A stretch of 63,920 nucleotides of DNA, counting the filler, from Octopus bimaculoides (taxonomy: Eukaryota), in assembly GCF_001194135.2 (NCBI RefSeq). It is 4 parts of 4 records of this genome, joined end to end, with 100 filler letters (N's around TTAATTAATTAA, not from the genome) between each part and the next. Parts side by side here need not be neighbours in the genome. Positions count along the whole stretch, not along the records: positions 1 to 28,350 come from NC_068991.1; 3 more parts are not named here. The stretch is one strand, 5' to 3'. This document shows positions 14,576-26,214 of the stretch, in pieces. Each line of letters opens with the position of its first letter. The first letter of the stretch is position 1. A program made the position numbers and the translations under genes. The notes under the pieces are model-generated. The model saw nothing but the letters and a program-made list of their open reading frames with translations. It ran no database searches and had not been told where the DNA came from.

Positions 14576-14849
14576 CCAATCATTGACTCAGCGATATCAA
14601 GACATCACGTGACATCCATCATCCGTAGAATTTAGTCCAATGGTAATTGCTACACATTGTTATCACAAATATCGGGATCCTTACAGTCACGTGATATTGG
14701 TATGTAGCTTGTGATCGCTTGGCTGTGTGATTGTGGGATGTGGTGTGTGGGATATGGTCTATGAATTGTGGGCTGTAGGATGTAGGTCGTGAGATGTGCG
14801 TGTTGAATTTGGTCTTTTTTTTTGTAGTTTTGAGAAAACTCGCCATTTT
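14576..14849. promoter_or_regulatory. Promoter-like motif cluster
   Basis: CCAAT 14576, TGACTCAGC 14584, TCACGTGA 14605 and 14687, CCAAT 14637, ATTGG 14696 and CGCCATTTT 14841, all in non-repetitive sequence. Confidence 0.45.
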
Positions 14850-15132
14850 AAAATCGTTTTTCGTTATTTTATGCCTCTCTATTCCCCACTACCCTCCTCA
14901 CATTACCATCCCACTTACCATCCCACTGGTATGATGGTGGTGGCAGGTAGGAAGTAGAGTAATGCTATTGTGAGTGGTATGTTCACAGTTTGATGAGTAA
15001 GAGTTCGTGGCAGAAAAGTGATTGAACCATTCGAGGTTTAAAAAACCCGATTAGATTGATAATACATTATTTGGAATTGTATAAAGCACATTTAAATATC
15101 TTGTCTAGTGTAGAAATATAATCAGGTTATTA

Positions 15133-15318
15133 TTCTTTTTATACTTTTACACGTTTCAATCATTTGACTGCGGTCATACTGGAATACCGCCTTAAAGGGT
15201 TTCAGGACTTACTGTTTGTAAACCTAGTACTTATTTTATCGGGCACTTTGCCGAACCGCTCAGTTAAGGAGATATAAACACACCACCATCGGTTGTCAAG
15301 CGATGGTGGAGAGACAAC
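15133..15318 (-). mobile_element. SINE family B 3' half
   Basis: Reverse complement of the 14147-14329 module. Confidence 0.82.
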
Positions 15319-15393
15319 GGGAGACGTCATTTTATATACAAGAGCGTTAACTCTTGTTTCATTAAATTGTGTGCAAATGTGTGCGCGCGTGCG

Positions 15394-15424
<31 letters not shown>

Positions 15425-15909
15425 AGTTGTGTCAGTTTTGAAGTGTACGAGTTATTGGTATTGTAATGAAGGTATCGATTATGTTAGAATATCCTTGTAC
15501 TGTGTGGGTTGCATAGGTAGTGCGTTTGTTGAAGCGTGGTGGGAACATGTTTATCCTGTATTCATTGAAGTGAAAATCTCTCGTATGCGATGTGCTCCGT
15601 GCCTCGCCGGGATATGTTTTCGGGGACTGTACAACTTTGAGGTACAGCTTCTTACAACTACCGTCTTTAAGTATAATGGTACCATCTTTGCGGTATTTTC
15701 TCAATTTATTTTTTGATCGAAGTGTCGAGATATTACTGGGACCATTGACGCTTTAAGGAACGCCTAAAGGGACGCCATTTTTTAATTAACTTGCTCCATC
15801 TGTAATCCACTACTTTCTGATGGTGTTCCATCGTTACTAAAACAAACAAATCCTACTCTAATTCCTCAATTAGTAAAACCCCTAAAATGTTATAAATAAT
15901 TACAGCCAA

Positions 15910-16102
15910 GGCAGCGAGCTGGCTGAATCGTTAGCACGCCGGGCAAAATGCTTCAGCGGCATTTCGTCTGTTTTTACGTTAAGTTCAAATTCTGCCGGGG
16001 TCGACTTTGCTTTTCATCCTATTGGGATCGATAAAGTAAAGTGCCGTTCGGCGCTGGAGTCGATGTAATCGACTCACCCGAAATTGCCGAAATTGCCGGC
16101 CT
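15910..16102 (+). mobile_element. tRNA-headed SINE family A (GGTCGACTTTGCCTTTCATCCTTTCGGGGTCGAT core; probably Meta/MESC-type domain)
   Basis: GGCAGCGAGCTGGCTGAATCGTTAGCACGCCGGGC head, B-box AGTTCAAATTC and conserved core shared with 7 other copies in the window. Confidence 0.85.
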
Positions 16103-16536
16103 GAACTAATTCATTAATCCAAATCAGTCCCTAGAACATTTTCCTACCCGAAGCCTTGTCTTATCCTAAGTGTACATACCGCAAATTTCTGCTCCCTATT
16201 TCCAACTACCCGGAACAAATATTGCTACCCGTTAACCGAATAAAAGAAAAACTGTGAATGATCCGCTGCAGTTTATCCAAGTATCAATGTGTTCAGGCAA
16301 AACTCGGACTTCAGTGGAAACGCCACAGCAGGTTTAATGAGACGGATATACTCCATCTTCCTATTGAGATTTGCTTGGGAAATGCTCCGGATGCCGGAAG
16401 AAATCCGGCCTTCCATGAATGACGACCAGTCTGAAAATATTAAACATCTACCTAAGATCTCCGACCGATTATCATTATTTATTAAAGAAATCATCATCAT
16501 CATTGTTACAATAATAACAATAATTAATAATTAATT

Positions 16537-16576
<40 letters not shown>

Positions 16577-16703
16577 GCAGGTAGAGGTGGGCAGAAAGCA
16601 TGTAGTCGTTGTACATTTAGCAGTTTGGATAGCATGTAGAAAGGCTGCGGCATGTTTATGTTGCTGCCGCTACAACTGCTACTGTTGCTACCACCACCAC
16701 CAC

Positions 16704-16753
<50 letters not shown>

Positions 16754-17227
16754 GTAATGCTGTTGATGATGATGATAATTATAATCACGATCAACGGCGT
16801 CCCCATATTAACAACTGCACAGATAGACGTCACATAGCACAGATAGACGTCACATCGAGACCGCCCACCTTCTTAGCTCCACCTTATAAATCCTATTGAC
16901 TAATCAGATTCCTACATTATTTCTTCTCCCTTTCCCTTCTCATATTCAGTTCCTTTCACACATGCAAATGCAGAAACTCTGTCTCTGTCTCCCTGTCTCT
17001 CTTTCTCACTTATTCTCCCCTCTCTTTCTCTTTCTCCTCTCTCTCTCTTTCTTTCTCTCCTCCTCCTCCTCTCTCTCTCTCTCTCTCTCTGATATATACA
17101 TAAATATCTGTCGCTGTCACCCCCTTTATCTCTCCTCGCCTCTCTCGTAATAATCACAATTCCCTTCTATTTTCTGTCAGCTATTATTTACTGCTCATGT
17201 CCAATCTCTGTATCTCTCTGCGTAAAC

Positions 17228-17275
<48 letters not shown>

Positions 17276-17298
17276 GTCTGTCTTTCTATAAATCTCTG

Positions 17299-17367
<69 letters not shown>

Positions 17368-17487
17368 ATAACTAACTCTGGTTAGCAAGTTAGATAGTCA
17401 GCTATCATACTATCGTGTTTCTCTCTTTCTCTTTCTCCTTCCCTCCCGTTCTTTCTCTCTCTCCTTCTCTATCACTCTTTCTATTTT

Positions 17488-17550
<63 letters not shown>

Positions 17551-17755
17551 ATGCGTGTGTATGTGTATTGCTGTATAGTAAAAAGTTTGTTTTCCAACCA
17601 TTTGGTTCCGGTTTCAGTCTGTCGTTTATACATATATAAACTCTCTCTTTTCACTGAGCCTCCAAGCTAATACATTTCTTGTGCACGTCCTCTTGTCCAT
17701 TAATTTTACGCGTTTACTGATAGTTTATTTGAATTGACTATATGTATATATATGT

Positions 17756-17788
<33 letters not shown>

Positions 17789-17961
17789 TCATTACATATA
17801 ATTCTTTAATTAGAGCAAATTTGACTTACAGCTGTTTCCAGTAGTCATTATAGATAGGTTTACCCAATTGGTCTGTCGATCAGCTGAGGTAAATTGAACG
17901 ACCTAAGAACATTAATGCTACTTTCGTCAGAGCCACTTCTTCGCTAATCTAAGTAATTATT

Positions 17962-17997
<36 letters not shown>

Positions 17998-18064
17998 TTG
18001 TGTGTGTATGTGTGTGTGTGTGTTTTTATTTGTGTGTGTGTATATGTGTGTGTACATTTGGATA

Positions 18065-18230
18065 GGCGCAGGCGTGGCTGTGTGGTAAAAAGCTTACTTC
18101 TCAACCACATAGTTCCGGGTTCAGTCTCACTGCGTGGCACCTCGGGCAGGTGTCTTCTAGTAGAAGCCTCGAGCCGACCAAAGCACTGACTAGATTTAGT
18201 AGGCGGAAACTGAAAGAACGGTCGTATATA
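18065..18230 (+). mobile_element. SINE family B 5' half
   Basis: GGCGCAGGCGTGGCTGTGTGGTAAAAAGC..CGGGTTCAGTC..GGCACCTCGGGCAGGTGTCTTCTAG. Confidence 0.85.
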
Positions 18231-18579
18231 CACTGAAGCCCGAAAGTCCAGTGATTCGACATACAAGGGTATGCTCCAGGATGAGGCAGAAGAGGATGCG
18301 AGAGGCACCTAGAGTTTCGTAGATGATTTTTTTTTCTACCTGAATTGTAAAATTTTTTTTCTTTATTTTTCCTGTTTCTCTTTTTCCCCTCTACACTCTA
18401 ACGAAGAACATTGCCACAAACGTCATAAAAATTCAATCTTGCCATTTTTCTGATCCAGGAACTAGCAAATTTTAAATCGCAGACTTTTGTTTTGTTGTTT
18501 CTTCCTCTCTTTCTTTCTTTCTGTTATTCTTCCTTTTTTGCTTCTGCTTTTATTTTTCCCGCTATATATTTTTACATAT

Positions 18580-18652
<73 letters not shown>

Positions 18653-18798
18653 CGTATACGCCCACACACTCAGTTTTACACTGTGTGTGTAGTTTCTGTG
18701 TAATAAACAAGGATGTAGTAAGTTCTGTGATGATTTGATAAAGTATAAACATTTAATGAATTCAATATATTTAGGTTGTGTATGTGAGTGTGTGCCTT

Positions 18799-18838
<40 letters not shown>

Positions 18839-19642
18839 TAGCCAAATATTAAATGACACGACAACAAAAGCCTATTGTGACGCTGTTGTGTATGTATTTC
18901 AGTTATTTGTGACCTGCGTAACGAAACATTTGCTGCTGTCGTATTTCTTAATCTTAAAAATGTGCTTCCAATATTGGCTGTGATTTGGCTAAGTCGTCAT
19001 CGTCATTGTTGTTGTCGTTGTTTGCCCAGATCTAACCTACATATTCGACTGAACTACACGGGTGCGATCCAGAGATCGCTACTACCCCCTCTCTCTCTCT
19101 CTCTCTCTCTCTGGTTGAGGAGGAACGCATTGTACATTCTTTGATGCTGTGGCTACTGTTGTTTGGCCCCAATCGAACCTTGTTTGAGCAGACCTATGCC
19201 TCAAAAGTTATGATCATTGCATTTATTTCCAGTTAATGATTACATATGACTACATTAACCGTTTAATTTCCAAAGGAATATCCAGTAACTGAGGGAGATT
19301 TGGCTTCGAATTCTTGTAGGTCGAATATCCACGTAGATCTCACCATGTAGTACTTAGTGCATGTGCTGCAGTACTGCACTCTGGACATGGTATACTTTCA
19401 CGCAAATGCCCAGTGGTGGCCAAAACTAAAGGTGGGTGCGGCAAAGTGAGGGACGAGTTCTAGTCACTCATCTTGCTAGAAATAGCAACGAAATCTCCTT
19501 CAACCCACGTTCCACAAATTTGAAAATGGCTGAATATACTGGATAGTCCAGTTTATCTCAATATTGAGTGTGATCAAAATTGTTCATAAACTGGCGGTGC
19601 TCCAGCATGACCAGAGCCTTTGGGTTGAAATGTATAAAAGAA

Positions 19643-19688
<46 letters not shown>

Positions 19689-21015
19689 ATATGTATATAT
19701 GTATGTATGTATGTATGTATGTTTGTATGTATGTATGTAGGTAGATAGGTAGGTAGGTAGGTAGGTAGGTATTACGTACGTATGCATGCATGTATGTATG
19801 AACGCATCTATGTACATATGCATGCATGTATGTATGTATGTATGTATGTATGTATATAGTACTATGTATGCATGCATGTATGTCTGCATGCATGTATGCA
19901 TATATGTATGAATGTTTGTACGTATGTATTAGTAGTGGTGCGAAGCAGTANNNNNNNNNNNNNNNNNNNNNNNNNNNNNNNNNNNNNNNNNNNNNNNNNN
20001 NNNNNNNNNNNNNNNNNNNNNNNNNNNNNNNNNNNNNNNNNNNNNNNNNNNNNNNNNNNNNNNNNNNNNNNNNNNNNNNNNNNNNNNNNNNNNNNNNNNN
20101 NNNNNNNNNNNNNNNNNNNNNNNNNNNNNNNNNNNNNNNNNNNNNNNNNNNNNNNNNNNNNNNNNNNNNNNNNNNNNNNNNNNNNNNNNNNNNNNNNNNN
20201 NNNNNNNNNNNNNNNNNNNNNNNNNNNNNNNNNNNNNNNNNNNNNNNNNNNNNNNNNNNNNNNNNNNNNNNNNNNNNNNNNNNNNNNNNNNNNNNNNNNN
20301 NNNNNNNNNNNNNNNNNNNNNNNNNNNNNNNNNNNNNNNNNNNNNNNNNNNNNNNNNNNNNNNNNNNNNNNNNNNNNNNNNNNNNNNNNNNNNNNNNNNN
20401 NNNNNNNNNNCATGTCGAAGTGTCTAGTACGTTCCTCAACACAGAGAGATAAAAATGATTTTTTAGAAAATTTAAATACACACACACACATCCGTTTAAT
20501 GATGACTCTGATGACTTGCCTGATGAGCTCGTGAATGGGGAAACTCTAGAGTGGCGGAAGACTGACTCGGCCAAAATTAAAAAAAATATCAATAAAAATA
20601 TCAAAATAGGTGGTGGTGGTGGTTGACAGCGGTTGTGGTGAGAATGGTGATTGTTGTGGTGATTGTAGTGGTGGTGGTGGTGGTTGTGGATGGTGGTGGT
20701 GGTGTGTGAGTGGTAAAAATATATGCTTGTATTTACATATATCGTATTAGAAAAATAAACCAAAGAAAACAATGAAAACATAGATTTGAGAAATTACATG
20801 ACACCCTTAGGTATAAAAATATATTGGATAATATGACCATTTGGAAATTCGAATATCGGTAAGGAAGAAAGAAAGGAAGGAAGGAAGGAAGAAAGAAAGG
20901 AAGAAAGAAAGAAAGAAATGGAGAGAAAACGAGTAGAAGAATGACCTTTAGCACTCCTCCAGCAGTTAAAGTTTTAAAATAAAGATATATATCAATTAAT
21001 CATGAAATGCAATAT

Positions 21016-21066
<51 letters not shown>

Positions 21067-21579
21067 GTTGTAATTATGAATAAGACAACATACAGTGCTT
21101 TTCATGTTAGTTATCAAATCAAAAAGGCGAATTCCTACAAATGAATGTCAAATTTCTTTATTTATTAAAAAAAAAATATAATCGTTTATCTATATCAAAT
21201 TTCTATTAGACACTAATTACTTTCACTTTATCTTGCTTTATTTCTTTGTATTTTTCCTTTTCTTTCACCCTACATAAAAATCAATACCCGACTTTCCAAA
21301 CATAGCCATATTCTCTTATATGGTTTCTTATATAAGTATTTCATTAAAATTTATCAAAGTTATGTATTTCTCTGTTTCTTTTTACGGCCGGTATTTTGAT
21401 ATGAAATTTATTAAATATTGTGTAATATTTCTGAGAAATCGCTATGACCTCTGAAATGTTTTTGCAAACACATAACATGTACTTGCATGGTCGAACAGTA
21501 ACAGAAAATACCTATACTATACTTTAAAATGCAATGAGTACTTCGTTTAAGAATGAACTCTTGAGAAGCCCATGCCCAT

Positions 21580-21627
<48 letters not shown>

Positions 21628-21677
21628 AAGGTATATATGAATTTGCGTGAGTGTGTATATGTACTACCTTTTTTTTT

Positions 21678-22076
21678 TTATCTTTTCTGTTTCAGTGATT
21701 AGACTGCGGCCATGTTGAGGCACCGCCTTCAGGAACTTTTAATCGAATAAATCGACCGCAGTACTTCTTTTCTTCAAAGCCAGGTATCTTTTGCAGAACC
21801 ACTAAGTTACCCGAAAGTAATCACACCAACACCGGTTGTCAAGCGGTGGTGGGGGACAAACAGAGAAAAAAGACACAAATACACTCACACACACATACAC
21901 ACATACACACAAACATATGCGATGGACTTTTTTCAGTTTCTGTCTACCATATCTACTCACAAGGCTTTGGTCGGCTCGAGGATATAGCTGAAGATATTAG
22001 ATCAAGGTGCCACGCAGTGGGGCTGAACCTGGAACAATGTGGCTGGGAAACAAACTTCTTACCACACAGCCACACC
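21678..22076 (-). mobile_element. tRNA-headed SINE family B (CORE-like; resembles octopus OR-type SINEs as I recall them), full length, with internal (CA)n
   Basis: Head GGTGTGGCTGTGTGGTAAGAAG..GGTTCAG, CORE-like GGCACCTTG..CTATA..CGAGCCGACCAAAGCCTTGTGAG, central microsatellite, and 3' GGCGGTGCCTCAACATGGCCGCAGTC..TGAAACAG tail. Confidence 0.85.
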
Positions 22077-22326
22077 AACACCTATGTACGTATGTACGTA
22101 TGTATGTATGTATGTGTGTATGTATGTATGTATGTATGTATGTATGTATGTATGTGTGTGTGTGTATGTATGTATGTATGTATGTATGTATGAACTGCGC
22201 ATGCCAATCCCCGACCTGTAGCAGAACCTTCCGAGCAAGCATCGGATTGATCAGTCACAGTTGGACAAGCCGTGGTCCATATTCTCATATGTGATGTCCT
22301 TGGTCATCGTCGACAACGACTGATGA

Positions 22327-22456
<130 letters not shown>

Positions 22457-22481
22457 GCAATAGTAATAATAATAATAATAA

Positions 22482-22691
22482 TCCTTTCTACTATAGGCAC
22501 AAGGCCTGAAATTTGGGGAGAGGAGACCAGTCGATTACATCGACCCCAATTCACAAGTGGTACTTATTTACCCGACCCCGAAAGGATGAAAAGTAAAGTC
22601 GACATCTGCGGAATTTGAATTCAGGACGTAAAGACGGACGAACTGCCGCTAAGCATTTTGCCCGGCGCGGTAACAATTCTACTAGCTCGCC
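22482..22691 (-). mobile_element. SINE family A, full length, tail type A
   Basis: Reverse complement of the head, core and tail (..GGCCTTGTGCCTATAGTAGAAAGGA); the tail runs into (ATT/GTT/AGT)n. Confidence 0.88.
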
Positions 22692-22823
22692 AACAACCAG
22701 TCACGCGTTTATCAGAGCTGTCTTCAGACAACTGAAAGAATCCACAAAAATATTGATTCACATCCATATCTATCTATCTATCTGTCCACCTATCTATCTA
22801 TCTAGCTAGCTACCCCACCCTCC

Positions 22824-22866
<43 letters not shown>

Positions 22867-23068
22867 TCTTCACACGCAGAACACTACACACATTGAACAT
22901 ATATTTTGCATTTATTAAATGGCCAATTCGAAACCAGCTACAAAGCAAATTATATACTCTCATACATGTCTATACGTATGTACGTATGTATGTATGTATG
23001 TATGTATGTATGTATGTATGTATGTATGCATGTATGTATGTATGTATGTATGTATGTATGTACGTACT

Positions 23069-23102
<34 letters not shown>

Positions 23103-23346
23103 TGTACGCTTGTCTGTGTGTCCAACAGCGCTGGCTCCAGCATACTCCACTCAGCCGCCAAAAAAACACAGACTCCAGCTGGTCTTTTATTGATCATGGA
23201 CGAACACAAAGCGAAATAAATAAATGAAAAATAAATAAATAAATAAATAAATAGACAGTGGAAAAGAAACAAAAAAAATGTATTCGTATCTTTGGTAACA
23301 ATTACAATAAACTTCTATTGTACTTTACACTTGTTTATCATTGTTG

Positions 23347-23399
<53 letters not shown>

Positions 23400-23799
23400 T
23401 GTGTCTGTGTGTGAGTGTGTGTGTGTGTGTACGTATGTATGTATGCGTATGGTGCATGTGTAAGTATATGTGTTTGCTTTGTTTTCTCTTTTAAATTTTC
23501 CACTACNNNNNNNNNNNNNNNNNNNNNNNNNNNNNNNNNNNNNNNNNNNNNNNNNNNNNNNNNNNNNNNNNNNNNNNNNNNNNNNNNNNNNNNNNNNNNN
23601 NNNNNNNNNNNNNNNNNNNNNNNNNNNNNNNNNNNNNNNNNNNNNNNNNNNNNNNNNNNNNNNNNNNNNNNNNNNNNNNNNNNNNNNNNNNNNNNNNNNN
23701 NNNNNNNNNNNNNNNNNNNNNNNNNNNNNNNNNNNNNNNNNNNNNNNNNNNNNNNNNNNNNNNNNNNNNNNNNNNNNNNNNNNNNNNNNNNNNNNNNNN

Positions 23800-23990
23800 G
23801 TACATTATTTACATTTGGCGGATATTTGTCATCTTCTTCGTTAACACAGCGTTTCGGCTGGTTCTCATTCCTAAGGTATTTTTCCGATATTATTATTATT
23901 ATTATTATTATCATTCAGGTCACTGCCTGTAATCGAACTCGGAATCTTGGGGTTAGTAGCCCGCGCTCTTAACTACTACGCCATATGCCC
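23800..23990 (-). mobile_element. 3' pseudo-LTR of the Penelope-like element: tRNA-like head, (ATA)n, then hammerhead module with its core deleted
   Basis: Starts 26 bp after the PLE stop codon. A-box TGGCGTAGTAG and B-box GAGTTCGATT are followed by (ATA)n and AATACCTTAGGAATGAGAACCAG/CCGAAACGCTGTGTTAAC..GACAAATATCC..AAATGTAAATAATGTA, homologous to 24565-24670 and 40782-40925. Confidence 0.7.
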
Positions 23991-24015
23991 ATGGGCAATT
24001 ATGGAGTGAATGGGC

Positions 24016-24553
24016 TTATAAATCTAATATTTTTCTATCCTTCGCTAATACCGGTTCCCATATGCTACTCATATCTGCTCTAGGTCTGCTTAGGAGGTTA
24101 TTATGTCGTAGCATATGTGCTACATCTTTTAGTTTTCGTATTTTCTAATGGTGTTCTCTGTCTATTAGGGGAGGTGGTCTCCATTTTTCCATACATGATC
24201 AGCTATACCCGATTTATCAATATCTCCTCGTGTCATAGCTTTGCCATGTTTGTCTACCCTTATTTTGAGGGGGCGACATGTTTCGCCTTTGTATAACCTA
24301 CCACAGCTGCATGGGATGGAGTACACCCGTCTTTGGTCATATTCTCTTCTATTGGTGGTTTTACTCGAAGGAGATATTTTCGAAGTGTTGTATTACTCTT
24401 GAATACTGTCCTGATGTCATATGGACTACATATCTTTTGTATCTTTTCGGAGAGGCCTTTCACATAGGGTAGACAGACTGTGGTCAGTTTATGGGCTTCA
24501 TCCTCTCTTCCCTTCATAATTGGAGTGGGTAGTATGTTTTGGGGATAGTTGTC
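24016..24553 (-). pseudogene. Penelope-like element (Penelope/Poseidon-type) 5'-truncated ORF: RT-EN linker plus GIY-YIG endonuclease
   Basis: Minus translation with frameshifts and a stop: NYPQNILPTPI..VCLPYVKGLSEKIQKICSPYDIRTVFKSNTTLRKYLLRVK..(fs)VYSIPCSCGRLYKGETCRP..KSGIADHVWKNG..IDREHH*KIRKLK..IWEPVL..*. The N-YP, LPY-GLS and VY-IPC-CG-Y-GET motifs are typical of PLE ORFs. Confidence 0.88.
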
Positions 24554-24564
24554 GCTACTTATAT

Positions 24565-24670
24565 TCTTTGCTCGAAATTCCTAATGAAAGCTGAAGTGTA
24601 CATCAGCCGAAACGTTGCGTTAACAACAAACAAGATGAGGAAAAATATCCTCCAAATGTAAATAATATAC
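24565..24670 (+). mobile_element. Inverted partial pLTR copy with a mutated hammerhead-like motif at the PLE 5' truncation point
   Basis: CTAATGA-A-AGCTGA..TCAGCC-GAAACGTTGCGTTAACAACAAACAAGATGAGG..AAATGTAAATAAT; same repeat as 23800-23880 but in the opposite orientation. Confidence 0.7.
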
Positions 24671-24760
24671 TAGTGGTTTTATTCCTAGTGTGAATTGTGA
24701 TGGATTTGAAATGTACTAGGCTTTGTCACCGTCAGTTAGTTGTTCCAATTTTCCTTCCTT

Positions 24761-24860
<100 letters not shown>

Positions 24861-24934
24861 TCTCTTTCTATCTATCTATTTATCCATCTATATATCTATT
24901 TGTATACATCCACGCATGGACAGAAGTATATATA

Positions 24935-26214
24935 CAGGGTGCGATGGATACATTGTCGCCATTTTGTATTTTTAATTTCACGTATGCGCATTATTTGTTT
25001 TTGATTTTGTTGACTACACAGTATAGTAGGCACCGTCTGTGGAAAAACAGCACCATGATGCAATTCACTCTGCCAGAAATTTGGAAATGACATGCTGTAC
25101 TGCTTGGCATTCGCGCCGGAAGCTCCAATACGAACAGTTCAGAGTGTTTCGGTGTCAATCTGAGGACAGTGCAGAGGATTCGGAAAGAGTTGGATGAGTC
25201 TAATGGTTATTACGAAGATACAGCGGCTCGGAAAACTCACTCTGATCGTTCTGATAAGAAAAGAACTCTTGAATTTGTTGGTGAGATCCAGGCCATGATT
25301 GACAACGATCCCTCCAAGTCAATCAGGTCCATCGCCGGGGATATGGGTGTGTCTGGGTTTCTTATCAGGCAGGTAGTGCATGAAGACATTCGTTATTCTT
25401 CATACAAGATGAGAAAGGGCCAATTTTTAACCCAAGCCATCAAGGACAAGAGGAAAGACCACGCTACGAAGCTTTTGAACAAACTCAAGCATCCCCTCCA
25501 ACCGAACATGCTTTGCTCTCTCAGACGAGAAAAATTTCTGCCAGGATCAGATGGTGAACACACAGAAGAACCGTTGGCTTGCCGTGTCCCCAAAACATGT
25601 ACTGAGAGTGATAAAAATCAAACATCCAGTTAACATCATAGTGTTTGGAGTAATCACTAGTGATAGCAACGTTATGCCTCCATTCATCTTCCTACTCGGC
25701 CTCACACTCAACACTGAGACCTACATCAAGTGCCTGGAGGAGGTAGTGCTGCCCTGGGTCAAGAGGGTGGCTACTGGAAGACCTTATGTCTGACAACAGG
25801 ACGCTGCACCATGCCACACAAGCAGGAGAACACAGTCGTGGCTGTCAGACAATTTATGCGACGACATCACTCCTAACATCTGGCCACTTGACTCCCTAGA
25901 CTGCAACCCCCTTGATTATTATGTGTGGAGCGCAGTTGAGCGAGAGACCAACAAAACACCTTATAACACCCAAGATTAATTGAAAGCAAGGAGTATGGCA
26001 GCATTCACCACCTTAAACAAAGAGACTGTCCAGAAGAGTTGCAGGAGATTCCGAAGTAGTCTGGAGGCCTTAGTTGAAGCCAATAGCGATTTTATTGAAT
26101 AAATTTACTCCTTTGTTTTTCAAGATATTTTTATAAATGTATCTGTTAAAATGAGACGTCAGTGTTATTTTCCTTTTTGCGTAATTTAGACGATAATTTA
26201 TTCACTGCATCCTG
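24935..26214 (+). mobile_element. Full-length Tc1/mariner DNA transposon, maT (DD37D) family, disabled
   Basis: TA flanks at 24933-34 and 26215-16. Imperfect 26-bp TIRs: CAGGGTGCGATGGATACATTGTCGCC versus CAGGATGCAGTGAATAAATTATCGTC (19/26 identical). Internal transposase pseudogene. Confidence 0.93.
25055..26102 (+). pseudogene. maT/DD37D transposase pseudogene
   Basis: HTH region (DNDPSKSIRSIAGDMGVS), then FSDEKNF, QQDAAPCHT..WPLDSLDCNPLDYYVW, with 37 residues between the 2nd and 3rd Asp. Stops at about 25088, 25791 and 25978; one frameshift near 25520. Confidence 0.92.

Noticed and set aside
23915-23990. tRNA gene call (also considered for all SINE heads)
   Set aside because: A and B boxes are present, but the acceptor and T stems do not pair; these are tRNA-derived promoter modules, not tRNA genes.
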